NCBI RefSeq assembly: GCF_000015025.1 | Contig: NC_008578.1 | Location: forward strand, 120,001-152,000 | Direction: 5' to 3' | From: Acidothermus cellulolyticus 11B | GTDB lineage: Bacteria; Actinomycetota; Actinomycetes; Acidothermales; Acidothermaceae | DNA: 32,000 bases | Shown: in pieces, positions 30,559-32,000 of the stretch | Layout of the letters: every line of letters starts with the position of its first letter | Position numbering within the stretch: the stretch's first letter is position 1 | Notes under the pieces: model-generated | What the model saw: the letters and a program-made list of their open reading frames with translations, nothing else | The model's database searches: none | Told to the model about the DNA's origin: nothing | Position numbers and translations under genes: made by a program

Positions 30559-31704
30559 GTGGGCAGCAAACCCGATGCACGGATTGAGCGCCGAAGCCTC
30601 CGTGTTCCGCTTTCTGTTTCGGACAGCCGGCCGGAGCGTGCCGCATATGCCCTGCTCCCGCTGCGCGCGTTCCTCGGCTTCACCTTCTGTTACGCCGGCC
30701 TGCAGAAGCTCGCGAATCCCGCGTTCTTCAATGCCCGCAGTCCCATCTCGATTCAGGCCCAATTTCTGGGAGCGGTGCGGCGCAGCCCGATTCACGCCCT
30801 GCTTCAGCCGTTGTCGTCGCACGCTTGGGCGATCGGGGTTCTCATGGCGCTCGGCGAGTTGGCGGTCGGTTTAGGCACGCTGGCCGGACTCTTCACCCGG
30901 ATCGCCGCGCTCGGCGGTGCCGTGATTTCGTTCAGTCTTTTCCTCACCGTAAGCTTTCACAGCAATCCGTGGTACACCGGCTCCGACATCGTCTTCTTCT
31001 TCGCCTGGTTGCCGCTTCTCGTGGCGGGTGGCGGGCCGTTCTCTCTTGATGCCTGGGTTGACCGCGCGGTGCAACGACGAGCATCGAGCCGCGCGCGTGC
31101 GGATGTTCCGCCTGATGAGATGCGTCGCCGGCTGGTTGGCTCGCTTGCTGTTCTCCTCGGTGCGTTCGGTATGGCACTGGCCGGCTTGACGGCGGGTATC
31201 GGTCGTCTGCTCTACACGCCAGCAACGTCGGGCGCTACCTCCGCGCTTCCGGGCGGCGGTTCGCCCGGCCTGGCCCGGCCGTCCCCGTCCGGCGGAACCG
31301 CCGCCGGCGGGACTCCGTCCGGCGGTGCGGCGTCAGGAAATCCGTCCCCTGCCGGTGGGCCGTCCGCCGGTGCGTCGTCTCCCGGAGCCTCGTCGGGCGG
31401 AGTGCGGATCGGTCCGGCGAGTGCCGTGCCGATCGGCGGTGCGGCAAGCTTCCAGGATCCGGCGACCGGCGATCCGGCGATCGTCGTCCGCCCGAGCGCC
31501 GGTGTTTTTCACGCATTCGACGCGGTATGTCCGCATGCCGGATGCACCGTCGGTTACGACCCGTCGAGCGCGGTGCTGGTGTGTCCCTGCCACGGATCAC
31601 GGTTCAATGCCACGAGCGGCGCGGTGCTCAACGGTCCGGCGCCGACGGGACTGACACCGATCAAGATCCGTGAAGGCTCGGACGGACAACTCTATGTTGA
31701 CTGA
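30559..31704 (+). CDS. DoxX-family membrane domain fused to a C-terminal Rieske [2Fe-2S] domain
   Basis: 381 aa, with an uncertain GTG start. It has four DoxX-like TM helices (LRAFLGFTFCYAGLQKL...), then RRR plus a fifth TM, then a Pro/Gly/Ser/Ala-rich linker. The Rieske motif is CPHAGC-x12-CPCHGS (C-x-H-x15-C-x-x-H). Confidence 0.85.
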   Translation: MGSKPDARIERRSLRVPLSVSDSRPERAAYALLPLRAFLGFTFCYAGLQKLANPAFFNARSPISIQAQFLGAVRRSPIHALLQPLSSHAWAIGVLMALGELAVGLGTLAGLFTRIAALGGAVISFSLFLTVSFHSNPWYTGSDIVFFFAWLPLLVAGGGPFSLDAWVDRAVQRRASSRARADVPPDEMRRRLVGSLAVLLGAFGMALAGLTAGIGRLLYTPATSGATSALPGGGSPGLARPSPSGGTAAGGTPSGGAASGNPSPAGGPSAGASSPGASSGGVRIGPASAVPIGGAASFQDPATGDPAIVVRPSAGVFHAFDAVCPHAGCTVGYDPSSAVLVCPCHGSRFNATSGAVLNGPAPTGLTPIKIREGSDGQLYVD

Positions 31705-31866
31705 CCCGGAATCGGACGGCGGCAGCGATGCAGCCGAACATAACGTGTCGGGATCTGGGGCAATATAGAAAAGCGGATCTTCCGAACGTGTGGATTGCAT
31801 CCGCGAGATCGAGAGGGCGGAGGGCAGGGACGATGGTCGGCACACCGAGGGTCACCATGAGTCCGC

Positions 31867-32000
31867 GTGGTGCAAGGAGTCGGGCTGAGGGTCGGGCCAA
31901 GGCAGGGATCGGGCTGCGCAGCCTGTCGCTAGTCGCGGCAGGACTTTTGCTTGCTGCCTGCAGCAGCTCCCACAAGGCGACCACCGCGCAGACGCCTGCG
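31867..32000 (+). CDS. Putative lipoprotein, N-terminus only (runs off the window end)
   Basis: ATG 31867 (in-frame alternative 31843) gives MSPRGARSRAEGRAKAGIGLRSLSLVAAGLLLAAC-SSSHK. This is a positively charged n-region, a hydrophobic core and a lipobox (LAAC). Confidence 0.5.

Noticed and set aside
1-32000. tRNA, rRNA, CRISPR, integron or prophage features
   Set aside because: I found no T-loop (GGTTCGAATCC-like) or anticodon-arm patterns in the intergenic gaps. There are no regularly spaced repeats with unique spacers, and no integrase or phage structural genes. This was visual inspection only, so tRNAscan/Infernal should confirm it.

Overview
High-G+C segment with strong third-position GC bias, actinobacterial in style. 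I can support about 30 protein genes. By eye there is no rRNA, tRNA or CRISPR array, and the only mobile DNA is one decayed IS630-type transposase remnant. Because the ORF track is full of long antisense 'shadow' ORFs typical of high-GC DNA, I called genes from recognisable motifs, RBS and start context, and GC3.

Gene order:
- citA' (truncated at the window edge) and pdxH
- a hotdog thioesterase and a UdgX-type uracil-DNA glycosylase
- an O-antigen-ligase-like membrane protein
- a frameshifted secreted Cys/Trp-rich protein followed by a membrane protein
- the IS remnant
- a LapA-like protein
- an orphan sensor-less HAMP-MCP
- a carbohydrate block: frameshifted GH3 NagZ-like enzyme, GH16-CBM6 glucanase, cebEFG-bglC ABC operon, cebR-like LacI regulator, GH6 cellulase, ThuA
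- a PRTase-family protein and a Zn-ADH
- a GDE-like amylo-alpha-1,6-glucosidase and a GT4 glycosyltransferase
- a minus-strand trio (7-TM duplicated PQ-loop/SWEET-like transporter, neocarzinostatin-fold surface protein, sortase) divergent from a second LacI regulator
- a DoxX-Rieske fusion and the start of a lipoprotein

No defence or toxin system is evident. The most unusual items are:
- the SWEET-architecture transporter with its LacI partner
- the sortase and its substrate, which lacks a canonical LPXTG
- the DoxX-Rieske fusion with an internal twin-arginine motif
- the UdgX-like crosslinking glycosylase
- four different palindromic operator types in front of the glycan genes
- several short tandem duplications that span stop codons

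All family assignments come from motif recognition by eye and memory; no database search was run.
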